From NCBI GenBank assembly GCA_016748015.1, contig JAAOMT010000289.1, positions 62,001 through 126,000 of the forward strand: a DNA stretch of 64,000 nt, in the 5' to 3' direction. Source of the stretch: Geosiphon pyriformis uo1 (taxonomy: Eukaryota; Fungi; Glomeromycota). Positions 62,664 through 64,000 of the stretch are shown here, piece by piece. Under the pieces are notes generated by a model, which was given only the letters and a program-made list of their open reading frames with translations, did no database searches and was not told the DNA's origin. The translations under genes and the position numbers were made by a program. The first letter of the stretch is position 1, and each line of letters starts with the position of its first letter.

Positions 62664-63653
62664 TGTTACCAGAGGTTTTTGGTCTCTTTTTTTGAATGTT
62701 GTAACTGTCTGTTGGTTGCAAATTCACGTTTTTTAGAAGTAGTTGAACCTTCAATAACTGAATTTATCTTCAAATTATCTCCTATAATTTGACTGCTGGG
62801 CTTATAAATGGAATGACCAATTTCTTGCCAGTTACTTTATGTAATTACATTGTAGTAAACATCAACTCTTTTCCAGAAATTGCTCGTCTGGAAGCTCACT
62901 AAAAATGTGTAGTTATTTTGCTGTAAAAATCAACTCTTCTACAGGAATCTTGTCTGTAGGCTACTCTAATGATTGTAATAAGAAAAGAAAAGAAAAATAA
63001 AAGAAATGTAAAAGAAATAGAATTTTATCAAGGAAAACATTTTCTATTCAGGCCTGAAGTCATTAACAGTTTACTGAAATTGGTAGCTAATCAATTTCAA
63101 AACGTTAGTTGGGTTTTGGGAATTTTCCAAGTGCAATAATTAAAGAATTTGGTTTTTCAAATTATTTGATATTTATTTTTTTTTGTGTGTGTAGGAATGG
63201 TTCTAAGTAATAAATCTAAAGTAAGATACATTTTCTTGAAGAAAAAAACTCTTCTTTTATACAACTTGTTGTAGTACTAGTTTATAAATTTGCATTTTTT
63301 CTCTTTGCTCAAATTTTGGTAAATTAAAGATATATTTTGATGGACTACAAGTTATTTCGCTGAACTATTGATTAATTTGGATAAACTATTCATAATTTCA
63401 GCGAATTTCTATAAATTTCGGCAAATTTTTTATAAATTTCAGCAAATTTTTAAATGTTACAAAGTTCAGGGTATTGTGTAATTTGATCATCTTACTTTTT
63501 GTTATACTAATTGGATTATTTAATTGAATTATGATATGTAATAATTGATTAAATAATAAATGATAATTTGAAATGATATTAATATACTAATTAATTATAG
63601 GAATTATAAGGGTAATTTCATGCTAATTAATAGCTAAAATTCTACTGGTAACA
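62664..63653 (-). repeat. 5' LTR of B
   Basis: Adjacent to PBS TGGTGCTCTC; direct repeat of 43562-44550. Confidence 0.96.
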
Positions 63654-63770
63654 GTGATCATCATTTCAACCATTAGCAGTAATTGTTTTCTTAGCATTCA
63701 CAATCCAAGAATATGTGTTATTTTTTTCACCAGAAAATTTCTCCAATTTAGCAATATCCCAGTAAGCCAT

Positions 63771-64000
63771 TATTACTCATAAAAATATAAGAAATATATA
63801 TTAGCATAGTTATTAACCAATTAGAAGTAGACATAGTAAAATGTGGAATTCTAGGATTCCTCTCAGGAATTGTAGGATTCCAAAAATTACAGGATTCTCA
63901 CAAGAAATTGCAGGATTCCAGAATTCCAGGATTCCTCTCAAAGAAATTGCAGGATTCCTGTTGTGAAGAATTGAGGAATTGAGGAATCTCAATTATGTAT
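63771..64000 (+). mobile_element. Start of another probable LTR (E), in opposite orientation, inserted in A1 gag
   Basis: gag homology stops abruptly at 63770; TATTACTCATAAA resembles the U3 terminus of the C LTR (TGTTACTCATAAAG); tandem AATTGCAGGATTCC-like units at 63845-63960. Confidence 0.6.

Larger units (their letters stand above)
43562..63653 (-). mobile_element. Full-length Gypsy element B (distinct family), TSD GTGA, contains A2
   Basis: LTRs 43562-44550 and 62664-63653 (TGTTACCAG...CTGGTAACA); PBS 62645-62661; PPT 44551-44566; GTGA at 43558-43561 and 63654-63657. Confidence 0.95.
35474..63770 (-). mobile_element. Gypsy element A1; its gag is interrupted by B (43562-63653) and by E (from 63771); 5' end off-window
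   Basis: 3' LTR 35474-36478 with PPT; full internal domain set 36490-43561; gag resumes at 63654-63770, colinear with A2 56595-56712. Confidence 0.9.

Overview
Eukaryotic, intron-rich, AT-rich fungal DNA. The TE and gene style suggests Glomeromycotina (Geosiphon/AM-fungus-like); this is an inference. A CpG-retaining island of five spliced genes (15.7-27.3 kb: single-C2-domain protein, NRK1, CCZ1, IPA1/UBE3D-like, MSF1) sits between two fields of nested, mutationally decayed Ty3/Gypsy LTR retrotransposons and an RNase H-bearing LINE. LTR ends, PBS, PPT and 4-bp TSDs let me reconstruct nine LTR insertions (working names A0, C, N, D, solo LTR, A1, B, A2, E), nested up to four deep. The most interesting signal is the architecture these Gypsy families share. 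(1) One long ORF carries gag, protease, a Cys-rich domain, dUTPase, RT and RNase H, then stops. (2) Integrase is a separate ORF with its own start codon. (3) A conserved third ORF of unknown function sits in the env position, usually about 40 nt behind a TATA-like box. (4) U5 contains an inverted copy of the LTR-end/PBS junction that can fold over the tRNA primer site. The LTR-pair segment I aligned differs only by C>T/G>A transitions, many outside CpG, suggesting RIP-like cytosine hypermutation. All alignments and translations were done by eye, no database searches were run, and domain boundaries inside decayed elements are approximate.
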